Origin: Patescibacteria group bacterium | Lineage (GTDB): Bacteria; Patescibacteriota; Microgenomatia; 2-02-FULL-39-11 | Direction of reading: 5' to 3' | Assembly (NCBI GenBank): GCA_023379265.1 | Contig: JAMCUI010000009.1 | Coordinates: forward strand, 100,091-164,090 | Length of the DNA: 64,000 nt | Shown: in pieces, positions 8,926-18,795 of the stretch | Layout: each line of letters opens with the position of its first letter | Numbering within the stretch: the stretch's first letter is position 1 | Program-made: the position numbers and the translations under genes | The notes under the pieces: generated by a model | Told to the model about the DNA's origin: nothing | What the model saw: the letters and a program-made list of their open reading frames with translations, nothing else | Database searches by the model: none

Positions 8926-9108
8926 ATCCCTGTATATTATCGGTATCAGATGAAGTAATTATGAAGGTGTGGAAGTCGGAAAGGACCTAAATTTCAGCAG
9001 ACTATATCCCCTAAATTCAAAAAATAATAGCGGCCGTGCTTAAAACCTTTTCAAAATGAATTTAATATTTTACTTTATAAACAAAAGTGAACATTATATT
9101 ATAGGGTA

Positions 9109-10920
9109 ATGATGGATTCTCAACCTGATTTAAAAAATCCTGGTAATCCACCCGAGAATGGCTCACAATTTTCAACAGTGGCATCAGTAAAACCTACCGT
9201 TCCATCAGAGACAGATCATCTTGCTGATTTAAAGCGTATCAGAGGATGGCGTACTCCGGATAGTACTCCATTTGCAATTAAAGTATCACTTCTCCCACAA
9301 GACAAAGAAGCCATGCAAGAAGGTGAAGAAGCTGTCGATGGAAACAGAAATGTTCAGCAAACTTTCGTAAGGATGTCAAAACAGATGTGTGACATAGCAG
9401 GTGATGTGATAGCTGAATATCCCGGAACATATGAACAACTGAAAGCAGCGTTTCCTAAATATACATATGAACAACTATTACCCCTTTTGGAATCTTTCAA
9501 GAGAAAAGAAAGTCCTGCTAATTACCCCGATATAAATGTGGTTAGGAACCATAATCTTAAAAGTCTATTACATAAACTACACGATTACCCTATTTATCGC
9601 CAGACATACGGGTCGCCAGAGTATTTTATATTTGAGGATCCCGAAGAAGTTGTCCCAAATTTGGCAGATTCTCTTGATGTAGGGCATGCGCCGGTAGGGC
9701 CTCTGATGGTAGTAAGTTATCCCATTACCGCTTTGGAATATGGTTGGGTGAGAGGAAAAAAGTATCCTCCACTTAAAGGGCATATTTATCAATATATTTA
9801 TATGAATGCTGGGGAAAAAAGATCAAAGACCGGAACCGTGTACCCAGATGTGGTGAAAGCCGTACGTACAGTCAGGTTATGGGATGATGGGTCAGAAGTA
9901 GAACTTGAGAAATTAGAAGCTGATGTTGAAAAACGCAGTGGATATCGTCGTCCAAAACCTCGAGAACATATTCCATTGATTACAGATGCTGATGCATGGG
10001 CTGCCCAATCCAATAGAGAAGGCCTTTTCCAAGCCCCTTTCCGTTCATATTTGATTCCTGATGTGTCACTTCAGGGTCCGCACCGTATGGATTATCGAAG
10101 AGAATCGTTAAACCTTGCAAAGGGTTCCGCATTCGAACAATTAGTTCTAATTACGATAGCATATAATAATGCATTTTCTCCAGTAGATTCTCGCGTTTAT
10201 CCACAATATCAACTTGCAGACAGATTTCAAGGTGCTTCAGCACAATCTGTACGCGCTGATGGTTATTGGATTGATGCTTCCGGTCAGGAAAATGTCGTAG
10301 AAGTGAAATACGGTCGTGCTGTAGAAAAGACTATTAAATCCGTTGAAAGAGAGAAAAAACAGCTTCAAAGAGAACCAAACGCCAAAATCAAGTATCACCT
10401 GGTGACGCTTAATGCTGGACCGGGGCATATTCCGGAAGAATATAAACCGTTCCATGAACCATACAGAAAGTTGATAGAAATAATAGACGATTCAGATGTA
10501 AAAAGAAATCTCGGGATACTTTCTGATTGGATTATAAAAATATCCGTAAGTAAAGATCCGTCATTCGGGACGATATTAAAGAGAGTGCGTACATTTTTGT
10601 TCAACGTTTTGGATCAGGCTAATCATCTTACTGCTGCGGTCCGTCAGGAATATATAAAAAGGACATTAACAAAATGTATGGAATTGTATGAAAAAAGAGA
10701 TTATAAGGGCTGGCAAGAATTTATGGCCCAATTTTCTCTGGTATCTTTCAAAGATAATGAGTATGAAGAGACATATCGCGGACATGATGGTGAAATGCAT
10801 CGAGGTATGCTAAAAAAAGAATCGATTAAGGAAGAAGTCGATAACAATGGGAATGATAACAATGAATATCAACCATCCATTGAGCAAGTTGAATCTATAA
10901 CTTTAGATGATAAACTATAA
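9109..10920 (+). CDS. Large cytoplasmic hypothetical protein (603 aa) with a candidate PD-(D/E)xK nuclease-like core in its C-terminal half
   Basis: Long open frame with no TM or signal peptide. Region ...AFEQLVLITIAYNN...ADGYWIDASGQENVVEVKYGRAVEK fits helix-E / strand-D / hydrophobic-hydrophobic-E-x-K. I recognise no other domain. Confidence 0.6.
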   Translation: MMDSQPDLKNPGNPPENGSQFSTVASVKPTVPSETDHLADLKRIRGWRTPDSTPFAIKVSLLPQDKEAMQEGEEAVDGNRNVQQTFVRMSKQMCDIAGDVIAEYPGTYEQLKAAFPKYTYEQLLPLLESFKRKESPANYPDINVVRNHNLKSLLHKLHDYPIYRQTYGSPEYFIFEDPEEVVPNLADSLDVGHAPVGPLMVVSYPITALEYGWVRGKKYPPLKGHIYQYIYMNAGEKRSKTGTVYPDVVKAVRTVRLWDDGSEVELEKLEADVEKRSGYRRPKPREHIPLITDADAWAAQSNREGLFQAPFRSYLIPDVSLQGPHRMDYRRESLNLAKGSAFEQLVLITIAYNNAFSPVDSRVYPQYQLADRFQGASAQSVRADGYWIDASGQENVVEVKYGRAVEKTIKSVEREKKQLQREPNAKIKYHLVTLNAGPGHIPEEYKPFHEPYRKLIEIIDDSDVKRNLGILSDWIIKISVSKDPSFGTILKRVRTFLFNVLDQANHLTAAVRQEYIKRTLTKCMELYEKRDYKGWQEFMAQFSLVSFKDNEYEETYRGHDGEMHRGMLKKESIKEEVDNNGNDNNEYQPSIEQVESITLDDKL

Positions 10921-11080
10921 GGATTGACGTTACAACGCTTGAAAGGGTCAAGGCAGAGACGTGCAGCTTAGACGAGGTAAATGCGAATTTTGGAAAAAAG
11001 GTTATCCCGTGTCTTTCAAAGATAGAGTAGGAATCTGAATCATACGCATTGGTACGAATAGTGGATTGTAGGAACACATT

Positions 11081-12700
11081 ATGAAAATATTTCCACGGGT
11101 GAGACCAAACCTTCGTACATTTTTTGTTACTTCCGGTCTAATCATATCAGGAATTATTCTGTTTGCACTACTTAAAATATACGGCCAGTTCTTAGTCTTC
11201 TGGATATTCGGAAAGCCCAAATGTGACAAATGTAATATTATTGTCATTGAAGCAGATGTTCTTGGGTCTAATCATCTTCCGTGTTATGGATACTATAGAA
11301 ATACCGCACCTAATCTTTGTACTTTTGCCAAAGAGAACGTATTCTTTTCACATTCATATTCTCAAGGACCACAAACAACCTCCAGTACCTTTTCTCTTTT
11401 TACCTCACTTTACCCAGTCAATCATGGGATTAATATACCATACGAGAAAAGTATCCTTAACGATAAATATCTCACTCTAACACAAGCACTTAAAGCCCAA
11501 GGGTACAATACTATCTATGTGGGACCTTCTATCCCACAGGTTCCGCTTGACCGCGGAATAGAGCGAGGTTTTGACGATATAATCATTACCCCGTCCAATA
11601 TCAGTGACAATCCTGACATTATGACTTGGTGGAAAAAAGGATTGCAGAAAGTAGTGGAAAATACGCAAAATGGTAAAAAAACCTTTCTTTTTATATATAC
11701 AGACTATTTGCACGATCCTTATTTAGTAGGAAATAAAAAATTGCTTTACGCATCTAACCGTTATTCTAATTTCGCCATAACCGATAAAGAACTTAATACA
11801 TTAACACCGGAAATTCTAAATTACTACCTGACCTCTGTGAGTGAACGGATAAACGGAGGAACAAAAGAAGGTTACACAAGCGGCGACCTAAATTTGTATA
11901 AGCAGTTAAAGGAAGCAAAAAATTTTGACCAGGCAAAAAAGATATTCTTCAGCTATCCAACGATTGAAAGAAATCATGCGCTTCTCTATTTTAATTATTA
12001 TTTACGAATAAATCCCAAAGATAACAATGTCGTTAAGTATTTAGCCGCGCTTTATGATGAAAAAATAAACATGTTTGATAAAGATATGGGGTCCTTTTTT
12101 AAGTATCTTGGAGAAAATGATTTGAAAAGGAAATCGATCTTTATATTAACCTCAGCTCACGCAGAGGAGTTTATGGAACATGGAGATTGGGGTCATAAAA
12201 ATAAATTATTTAATACTAATTTGACTATACCTTTTATAATGTCTATTCCTACAATAAGTAACCGACATATCAATGATCTTATCCAAAATATCGACCTATA
12301 CCCAACACTGCTTGGATTAATTGGTGTTGAAAAGCCAAGTTATCTTCAGGGAATAGATTTAAGCGATTTAATATATGGATTACCCGATGCCAAGAAGGAA
12401 AATTATGTTATCAGCCAAATTCCTTATGCTGATCCACCTTTGGCTTCAATTTCTGATGGTCAATGGAAATTAATTGTGAACACCAAGATAAATAAAGCTA
12501 TTAGTCTCTTTAATCTGGTAACTGACGCTAAAGAACAGAAAAATGTCGCCGACAACAATCCAGAAATTACTGACCGACTACTTCAGGAATTGGACAAAAT
12601 TATGAATAATAAAAATACGAAACCAATTAAAAAATTCAACTTTCCTGACTGGATCAATGATGAAGAGAGAAGAAAGATAATTAAAGAAGGCTATTTTTAA
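11081..12700 (+). CDS. Membrane-anchored alkaline-phosphatase-superfamily (sulfatase/LtaS-like) protein
   Basis: 539 aa. N-terminal TM FFVTSGLIISGIILFALL, then IVIEADVLGSNHLPCYGYYRNTAPNL...SQGPQTTSSTF..., typical of the metal-site and nucleophile region of the sulfatase fold. Confidence 0.55.
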   Translation: MKIFPRVRPNLRTFFVTSGLIISGIILFALLKIYGQFLVFWIFGKPKCDKCNIIVIEADVLGSNHLPCYGYYRNTAPNLCTFAKENVFFSHSYSQGPQTTSSTFSLFTSLYPVNHGINIPYEKSILNDKYLTLTQALKAQGYNTIYVGPSIPQVPLDRGIERGFDDIIITPSNISDNPDIMTWWKKGLQKVVENTQNGKKTFLFIYTDYLHDPYLVGNKKLLYASNRYSNFAITDKELNTLTPEILNYYLTSVSERINGGTKEGYTSGDLNLYKQLKEAKNFDQAKKIFFSYPTIERNHALLYFNYYLRINPKDNNVVKYLAALYDEKINMFDKDMGSFFKYLGENDLKRKSIFILTSAHAEEFMEHGDWGHKNKLFNTNLTIPFIMSIPTISNRHINDLIQNIDLYPTLLGLIGVEKPSYLQGIDLSDLIYGLPDAKKENYVISQIPYADPPLASISDGQWKLIVNTKINKAISLFNLVTDAKEQKNVADNNPEITDRLLQELDKIMNNKNTKPIKKFNFPDWINDEERRKIIKEGYF

Positions 12701-12814
12701 TATTTAATGACGCTTCACGTAATACAGTTCCCACTTGTTTTACTCACTATTTATAAATAACCCACAGGGTGATATGACCGGGATGTCCAGAGGATTTTTA
12801 CCCAGTATCCTCAC

Positions 12815-14758
12815 TCAGACCTGTCCTCTAAACTGGCTATTATAGAGATCGGCGTAGAAGCCATTTTTTGCTAAAAGTCCTTTATGGGTGCCTTTCTCGA
12901 TGATTGTTCCGTGGTTCATGACAAGGATAAGGTCCGCGTCGCGGATAGTAGAGAGTCTGTGGGCAATTACGAAATTCGTTCGGCCCTTCATGAGCTTGTT
13001 CATGGCATTTTGGATAAGAAGCTCGGTTCTGGTATCCACACTGCTGGTTGCCTCATCCAAAATAAGAATTTCCGGATCAGCCAGGAACGCGCGTGCTATG
13101 GTTAAAAGCTGCTTCTGGCCTTGAGAGATATTTGTTGCATCCTCGTTGAGAACCATGTTGTAGCCTTCCGGTAGCGTCCTTATAAAGTGGTCGGCATATG
13201 CCGCTTGTGCTGCTCGTACAATTTCTTCTTCTATCGCGTTTTCGCGGCCATATGCAATATTATCGCGGAGTGTTCCATGGAAAAGCCATGTATCCTGCAA
13301 TACCATGCCGAACATGCGGCGCAGGTCGCCGCGTTTGAGCTTTGTAATGTCAATGCCGTCAATTAGTATATTGCCGCTGTTTACTTCATAGAAGCGCATC
13401 AGTAGATTGACAAGAGTTGTCTTACCGGCCCCGGTTGGACCGACAATTGCTATCATTTGGCCGGGTTTCACAACAAAATTCATATTCTCCATAAGAATCT
13501 TATCTTTACTATATCCAAAACGGACATGCCGGAATTCGACTGCACCTTTGGGAGTATTAATTGTCAAAGGTTTTACCGTTTCAGGCACTTGTTCCTCTTC
13601 GTCTAAAAGTTCAAATATGCGTTCTGCTGAGGCTATGGCTGACTGGATCACGTTTGCAATATTTGCAAGCATGGTGATTGGTTGGCTAAACTGGGCTGAA
13701 TATTGGATAAATGCCTGAACGTCACCGATGGAAATTGCGCCTTGTGTTGTCATAATTCCTCCCACTACTGCCACTAATACATAACCTATATTCCCGACGA
13801 ACCGCATGAGCGGCATGAGAATGCCTGAGACATATTGTGCCTTCCAACCGGCATCATAAAGTTTGTCGTTGAGGTAGTCAAACCGTTCGATAGCTTTTCT
13901 CTCGTGTCCAAATGCTTTGACGATCTTGTGTCCCGTATACATCTCTTCGATGTGGCCATTGAGATCACCAAGGCTGCTTTGCTGCTTTCTGAAATAATCT
14001 TGTGAACGTTTAGCAATACCCGTAACAATAAACAGACTCATTGGAATGGTTGCCAACACAATCAGGGTCAACACCACGCTTATTGAAAGCATCATTACCA
14101 GTACGCCTACAAGAGTGACTGCGGAGGTAATGAGTTGCGTTACGCTCTGTTGAAGGGTGGAGCTGATATTATCCATGTCATTGACCGCGCGACTGAGGAT
14201 CTCGCCGTGTGTGCGTCCGTCGAAATATTTCAGGGGTAACCGTGAAAGTTTTTCGTCTACTTCTTTTCGGAGTTTATAGATAGTTCTTTGTGCTACACCG
14301 GCCATCAGGTACTGTTGTATAAATATGAAAATCGCGCTGACAATATACAGCCCAAGCAAAATTACCATAACTCTGCCTATATAACCGAATTCGATACCGG
14401 GTACCGGGGCAATTTGTATAGAGAGTGTTGGGTTTTGCAGTAATTCTTTTCTTATAATTTGATTTCTTGCTTGTACGATGAAACTTGCAATCAGGTTGTC
14501 AAAAAGCTTGGTTGTTGCCAGACCCAGAATCTTCGGGCCAACGATATTAAACACCGTTCCCAAGACTGCTGCCGCTACCACGATTGACAAAAGGAATTTT
14601 TCCGGAACAAAATACTGAAGCAGCCTCCTGAGTGTACCTCGGAAGTCCTTGGCTTTCTCGACGGGTCTGCCCATGGCTCCCCAGCCACCCCGACCCATTG
14701 GGCCATGGCCCATACCGCTTTGACTAGTTTGGTTTTTAGCGTTATTACTTGGACTCAT
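12815..14758 (-). CDS. ABC exporter, fused TMD-NBD (type I exporter half-transporter)
   Basis: 647 aa. 6-TM domain, Walker A GPTGAGKTT, signature ISQGQKQLLTIARAF, Walker B ILILDEATS. Confidence 0.9.
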   Translation of the reverse strand: MSPSNNAKNQTSQSGMGHGPMGRGGWGAMGRPVEKAKDFRGTLRRLLQYFVPEKFLLSIVVAAAVLGTVFNIVGPKILGLATTKLFDNLIASFIVQARNQIIRKELLQNPTLSIQIAPVPGIEFGYIGRVMVILLGLYIVSAIFIFIQQYLMAGVAQRTIYKLRKEVDEKLSRLPLKYFDGRTHGEILSRAVNDMDNISSTLQQSVTQLITSAVTLVGVLVMMLSISVVLTLIVLATIPMSLFIVTGIAKRSQDYFRKQQSSLGDLNGHIEEMYTGHKIVKAFGHERKAIERFDYLNDKLYDAGWKAQYVSGILMPLMRFVGNIGYVLVAVVGGIMTTQGAISIGDVQAFIQYSAQFSQPITMLANIANVIQSAIASAERIFELLDEEEQVPETVKPLTINTPKGAVEFRHVRFGYSKDKILMENMNFVVKPGQMIAIVGPTGAGKTTLVNLLMRFYEVNSGNILIDGIDITKLKRGDLRRMFGMVLQDTWLFHGTLRDNIAYGRENAIEEEIVRAAQAAYADHFIRTLPEGYNMVLNEDATNISQGQKQLLTIARAFLADPEILILDEATSSVDTRTELLIQNAMNKLMKGRTNFVIAHRLSTIRDADLILVMNHGTIIEKGTHKGLLAKNGFYADLYNSQFRGQV

Positions 14759-16509
14759 ACAGTTTCTTTCTCAATTTCCGTCGCTGACAGTTGTGAAGTC
14801 ACAATTGCGCGATAGACATCGCAGGTTTTCATAAGTTTCGTGTGAGTACCGATACCTACAACTCGTCCCTCATCAAGGACAATAATCTGATTGGCGTCAA
14901 TCACTGTGCTGACCCGCTGGGCGACAATGATTACTGTAGCATTGCGAGTCTCTCCTTTGAGAGCGGCACGCAATTTAGCGTCAGTCTTAAAGTCAAGCGC
15001 CGAGAAAGTATCGTCAAATACGTAAATTTCCGGTTTTCTCACCAGGGCTCTGGCAATTGAGATACGTTGCATCTGCCCACCAGAAACATTTGTCCCACCT
15101 TGGGCAATCATCGAATTAAAACCTTCAGGCATTTTGGTAATAAATTCACTGGCCTGTGCCACATCAGCCGCGTGTTTTATTTCTGCTTCTGTTGCATTTT
15201 CGTGGCCAAAACGAAGATTCTCGTTCACAGTTCCTGCGAACAATACAGCCTTTTGAGGAACAAAACCGATTTTTTCACGTAAATAGTCCTGTGACATTTG
15301 TCTAATCTCAACTCCATCAACGAGTATCCGGCCGCTGTTTACATCATAAAAACGCGGAATAAGGTTAACTAGGGTAGACTTGCCAGCACCGGTGCCGCCT
15401 ATGATGGCGGTTACATTACCGGGAGAGGCACGAAATGAGATGTTATAAAGTGCCGGTTTTTCCGCTCCATGATAACTAAAAGTGACATTTTGAAATTCGA
15501 CAAAGCCGCGAAGTTTATCGGCTTTCTTCACTTCTTTAAGGTCGTTGATTTCAGGTTCCATGGCCAAAACTTCGTTGATTCTGGTGGCAGAGGCTTCCGC
15601 ACGCGGGATCATAATAAACATAAGCGCTACCATCAGGAGTGAAAAGAGAATCTGGAAAGCATATTGCAGGAAAGCAAACATCGCACCGATTTCCAAATGC
15701 CCGCCAGTGACGCGCAGACTGCCAAACCATATTATGGCCACACTGGAAAGATTTATAAGAAGCATCATTACTGGCATCATTGTCGCCAACATCTGGTTGA
15801 CTTTAATTGCGATACTTGTTACGTCGCGGTTGGCTTCATCAAAACGCTGTTCTTCATGCTTGATCCGATTAAAAGCCCTCACCACTCGGACTCCAGTTAA
15901 GTTTTCATCCAAAATAAGGTTTAGTTTATCCAGTTTTACCTGCATGATAGAGAAAAGAGGTACTGCCTTGACAAGGAGTATCAGAATAACAATAACGAGG
16001 ATTGGCATGACCGCAACCAGAATCCATGAGAGCCCTACATCCTGGTTTAGGGCAAGAATAATGCCAACAATCAGCGTGATTGGAGCAGTGATTAACATAT
16101 TCAGGATCATAACCATCACCTGTTGGATCTGTACCGTATCATTGGAGGTACGGGTGATAAGAGATGCAGTGCTGACTATGTCAAACTCATGCAGCGAAAA
16201 CTGTTGAATCCTGTAGAAAATCTCAGCGCGGATAACTTTCACCATACCCGTCGCAACCTGGGATGAAAAATATATGCCTACCACAGCGCATAGTGTGCCT
16301 GCAATTGCCACTATGGCCATAAGTCCTCCGGTTCTCCAAATGTAGTCGGTGTCGAATGTTGAAATACCTTTATTTACGATATCTGCCATCAAGTTTGGCA
16401 AATACAGGTTTGCCACAGACTGTCCGACAGCAAGTGCAAGGATAAGCGCTAGGAGAATCCGGTAGGGTTTTAAGAAACGTAATAGTTTAATCATTGCAAA
16501 TTGACACAA
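14755..16509 (-). CDS. ABC exporter, fused TMD-NBD (partner half-transporter)
   Basis: 584 aa. Walker A GGTGAGKST, signature VSGGQMQRISIARAL, Walker B YVFDDTFSALD. 4-nt overlap with the partner gene. Confidence 0.9.
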   Translation of the reverse strand: MCQFAMIKLLRFLKPYRILLALILALAVGQSVANLYLPNLMADIVNKGISTFDTDYIWRTGGLMAIVAIAGTLCAVVGIYFSSQVATGMVKVIRAEIFYRIQQFSLHEFDIVSTASLITRTSNDTVQIQQVMVMILNMLITAPITLIVGIILALNQDVGLSWILVAVMPILVIVILILLVKAVPLFSIMQVKLDKLNLILDENLTGVRVVRAFNRIKHEEQRFDEANRDVTSIAIKVNQMLATMMPVMMLLINLSSVAIIWFGSLRVTGGHLEIGAMFAFLQYAFQILFSLLMVALMFIMIPRAEASATRINEVLAMEPEINDLKEVKKADKLRGFVEFQNVTFSYHGAEKPALYNISFRASPGNVTAIIGGTGAGKSTLVNLIPRFYDVNSGRILVDGVEIRQMSQDYLREKIGFVPQKAVLFAGTVNENLRFGHENATEAEIKHAADVAQASEFITKMPEGFNSMIAQGGTNVSGGQMQRISIARALVRKPEIYVFDDTFSALDFKTDAKLRAALKGETRNATVIIVAQRVSTVIDANQIIVLDEGRVVGIGTHTKLMKTCDVYRAIVTSQLSATEIEKETV

Positions 16510-16557
16510 CCAGAGAAATATATTATACTCTATAATAGTTAGATAGTCTAATCAATT

Positions 16558-16998
16558 ATGCAGGAAGATAAAACAAATGAACTGGTAGAGATGATGTTCA
16601 AGGTTTCCCGTCTGATGAAAGAAGAGATGTCTTATACAAATAATTTGATACATTTAAGTATATTACAAATTCAAACTCTTATTTTTCTAAGTCAAAACAA
16701 AAAAGTGTCGATGGGTGATATCGCAGGGTATTTCCGGATTGAGCTGTCTTCAGCAACTAGCCTTCTTAATAAATTATGCGATCAGGGGTTAGTACAACGC
16801 CATGAAGACAAAGAGGATAGAAGATTGGTAATGATAACCTTAACCGATAAAGGAAAGACGCTTCTCAAACAAGCAATCAGTCATCGAAGAATTAAGCTGG
16901 AAAAGATGCTGTCATATCTGTCGCAAAGAGAAAAATCCGAATTATTAAATATCTTAAAAACACTTAACAACAGATTGCAAAGACAAGATGAAAAATAA
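16558..16998 (+). CDS. MarR-family transcriptional regulator
   Basis: 146 aa. Winged helix ...LSILQIQTLIFLSQNKKVSMGDIAGYFRIELSSATSLLNKLCDQGLVQRHEDKEDRRLVMITLTDKGK. Divergent from the ABC exporter pair. Confidence 0.8.
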   Translation: MQEDKTNELVEMMFKVSRLMKEEMSYTNNLIHLSILQIQTLIFLSQNKKVSMGDIAGYFRIELSSATSLLNKLCDQGLVQRHEDKEDRRLVMITLTDKGKTLLKQAISHRRIKLEKMLSYLSQREKSELLNILKTLNNRLQRQDEK

Positions 16999-18085
16999 AA
17001 AAATATTCATAATAATTTCCCTAGTTGCACTCCTTGTTGTAGCAGGAATCGTTATCGGCAACAGAAATTCATTATTATCATCTGCGCGTTCAAATTCCGG
17101 GCCGACCACTACTACGTCTGTACGTTTTGTAAATTCGACGATTACCGCTGACGGATCTGTGACAGCTCAAAATCAGGCTACACTTAATTTCCAAACATCA
17201 GGAAAATTGACTTATCTTCCCTTTAAGGAAGGCGATAAGGTGGCGCAGGGTCAAACTATCGCACAACTTGATACCTACCAATTACAACGGGAACTTACCA
17301 CATCCTTGAATAACTACAAGATCGCCCGCGATAATTTTGACCAGACTCAGGAAAATGCCAATACCGGCGTGTTGCAAGGTTCTCAAAAATACAGTTTACA
17401 GGTGTTAAATAAGGGAGGATTTGAAGCGTCTGATGTAGTTGGCAATATAGTAAAAAGAGTTTTGGAACAAAACCAGTCCACTTTGGACAATTCAGTAATT
17501 AATGTAGAGCTGGCCAATTACGCTCTGCAACTTTCCAAACTTACATCCCCTCTGGATGGTATTATTACTCACGAAGATGTTGTTGTTCCTGGTATAAACA
17601 TCACTACGGGAACTACTTTTACCATTGCGGATCCGGATTCAATGGTTTTTCGGGCAAATGTACCAACGGAAAATATTTACTACATATCCGATGGTAGTGT
17701 AGTAACCTTGGCAATAGACGGCATAAAAAACAAGATAAACGGCACAGTTGTGAAAATATATCCGTCAAAAGTCGTTCTGGCGGACGGGCAAGCAGTTTAC
17801 CAAGTTGATATTGAAAGTGATGACTTAAAAAAACAGGCAAAATTAGACGAGAGCGGTCGGGCAATAATCAGTACTAATTCCAAAAATGTAGCACTTGTTC
17901 CGGCATGGACAGTGCTTGCAGGCAAATATATATGGGTTAATAATAACGGAATCCCGGAACTTAGACAGGTAACTATCGGGAAAACTCACGGGAATGAAAT
18001 CGAAATTACGGATGGATTATCTACACATGACAAAATAATAACTGACCCAAAATATATATCGTCCCTGAAATATCAACTGTTGTGA
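16988..18085 (+). CDS. HlyD-family periplasmic adaptor (membrane fusion protein)
   Basis: 365 aa. N-terminal TM, biotinyl/lipoyl-like ...ATLNFQTSGKLTYLPFKEGDKVAQGQTIAQLD..., coiled-coil, beta-barrel. Confidence 0.7.
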   Translation: MKNKKIFIIISLVALLVVAGIVIGNRNSLLSSARSNSGPTTTTSVRFVNSTITADGSVTAQNQATLNFQTSGKLTYLPFKEGDKVAQGQTIAQLDTYQLQRELTTSLNNYKIARDNFDQTQENANTGVLQGSQKYSLQVLNKGGFEASDVVGNIVKRVLEQNQSTLDNSVINVELANYALQLSKLTSPLDGIITHEDVVVPGINITTGTTFTIADPDSMVFRANVPTENIYYISDGSVVTLAIDGIKNKINGTVVKIYPSKVVLADGQAVYQVDIESDDLKKQAKLDESGRAIISTNSKNVALVPAWTVLAGKYIWVNNNGIPELRQVTIGKTHGNEIEITDGLSTHDKIITDPKYISSLKYQLL

Positions 18086-18720
18086 GAAAAATATTTTCTT
18101 TATTCAAAAATCGAAAACTTCTAAAAATTATTGGTGGAGTATTTCTCCTAGTCCTTCTCATTTGTTTATATTTTTTTTATTTGGAAACAACCGGTAGAGT
18201 ATATATTGATAAATCACTTATACAAGCACCGGTTATTGTCATTTCTCCATCCATATCAGGTAAAGTACAGGAAATTGATGTCAAAGAAGGACAAAATGTA
18301 CAAAATGGTGATACATTGGCCGTCGTCGGTTCTGAAACGCTTCGTGCCGATACAGATGGTCTTATTATATCGGCAAGCGATTTGACTGGAGGAACAGTAA
18401 ATCCGCAGACACAACTTATCCAAATGATAAGACCTGTGAATCTTCGGGTTGCAGGTACAATCGATGAGAATAAAGGATTAAATGATATTCGTGTTGGACA
18501 GGTAGTCTCATTTACAATCGATGCGCTTCCGGGAAAGACATTTTGGGGGTACGTCGATGAGATCTCTCCCAGTGCGGTAGCTCCTTTATTTTCTTTTTCC
18601 ACGTCGACGGAACGTCCCACGCAACAGTTTACTGTTTATGCCAGATTTGATTCAACTATGTATCCTGCCATAAAAAACGGTATGTCCGCAAAAATGATAG
18701 TTTATACTAGGACGCGATAA
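18082..18720 (+). CDS. Short HlyD-like membrane-fusion-family protein
   Basis: 212 aa. TM helix, then ...APVIVISPSISGKVQEIDVKEGQNVQNGDTLAVV... lipoyl-like hairpin. Confidence 0.55.
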   Translation: MRKIFSLFKNRKLLKIIGGVFLLVLLICLYFFYLETTGRVYIDKSLIQAPVIVISPSISGKVQEIDVKEGQNVQNGDTLAVVGSETLRADTDGLIISASDLTGGTVNPQTQLIQMIRPVNLRVAGTIDENKGLNDIRVGQVVSFTIDALPGKTFWGYVDEISPSAVAPLFSFSTSTERPTQQFTVYARFDSTMYPAIKNGMSAKMIVYTRTR

Positions 18721-18795
18721 TTACACTTCTTTCTTGTCTCACTTTTATTCAAATTTTTTTATTTCTGGATGAAATGATAATTATAATATTGGAAT

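Noticed and set aside
15545-16207. 220-aa plus-strand ORF
   Set aside because: It is entirely antisense to the ABC exporter gene, which has Walker A/B and signature motifs. Its Ser/Arg/Ile-rich composition is typical of an antisense artefact.
18177-18620. 147-aa minus-strand ORF
   Set aside because: Antisense to the HlyD-like gene. No motif.
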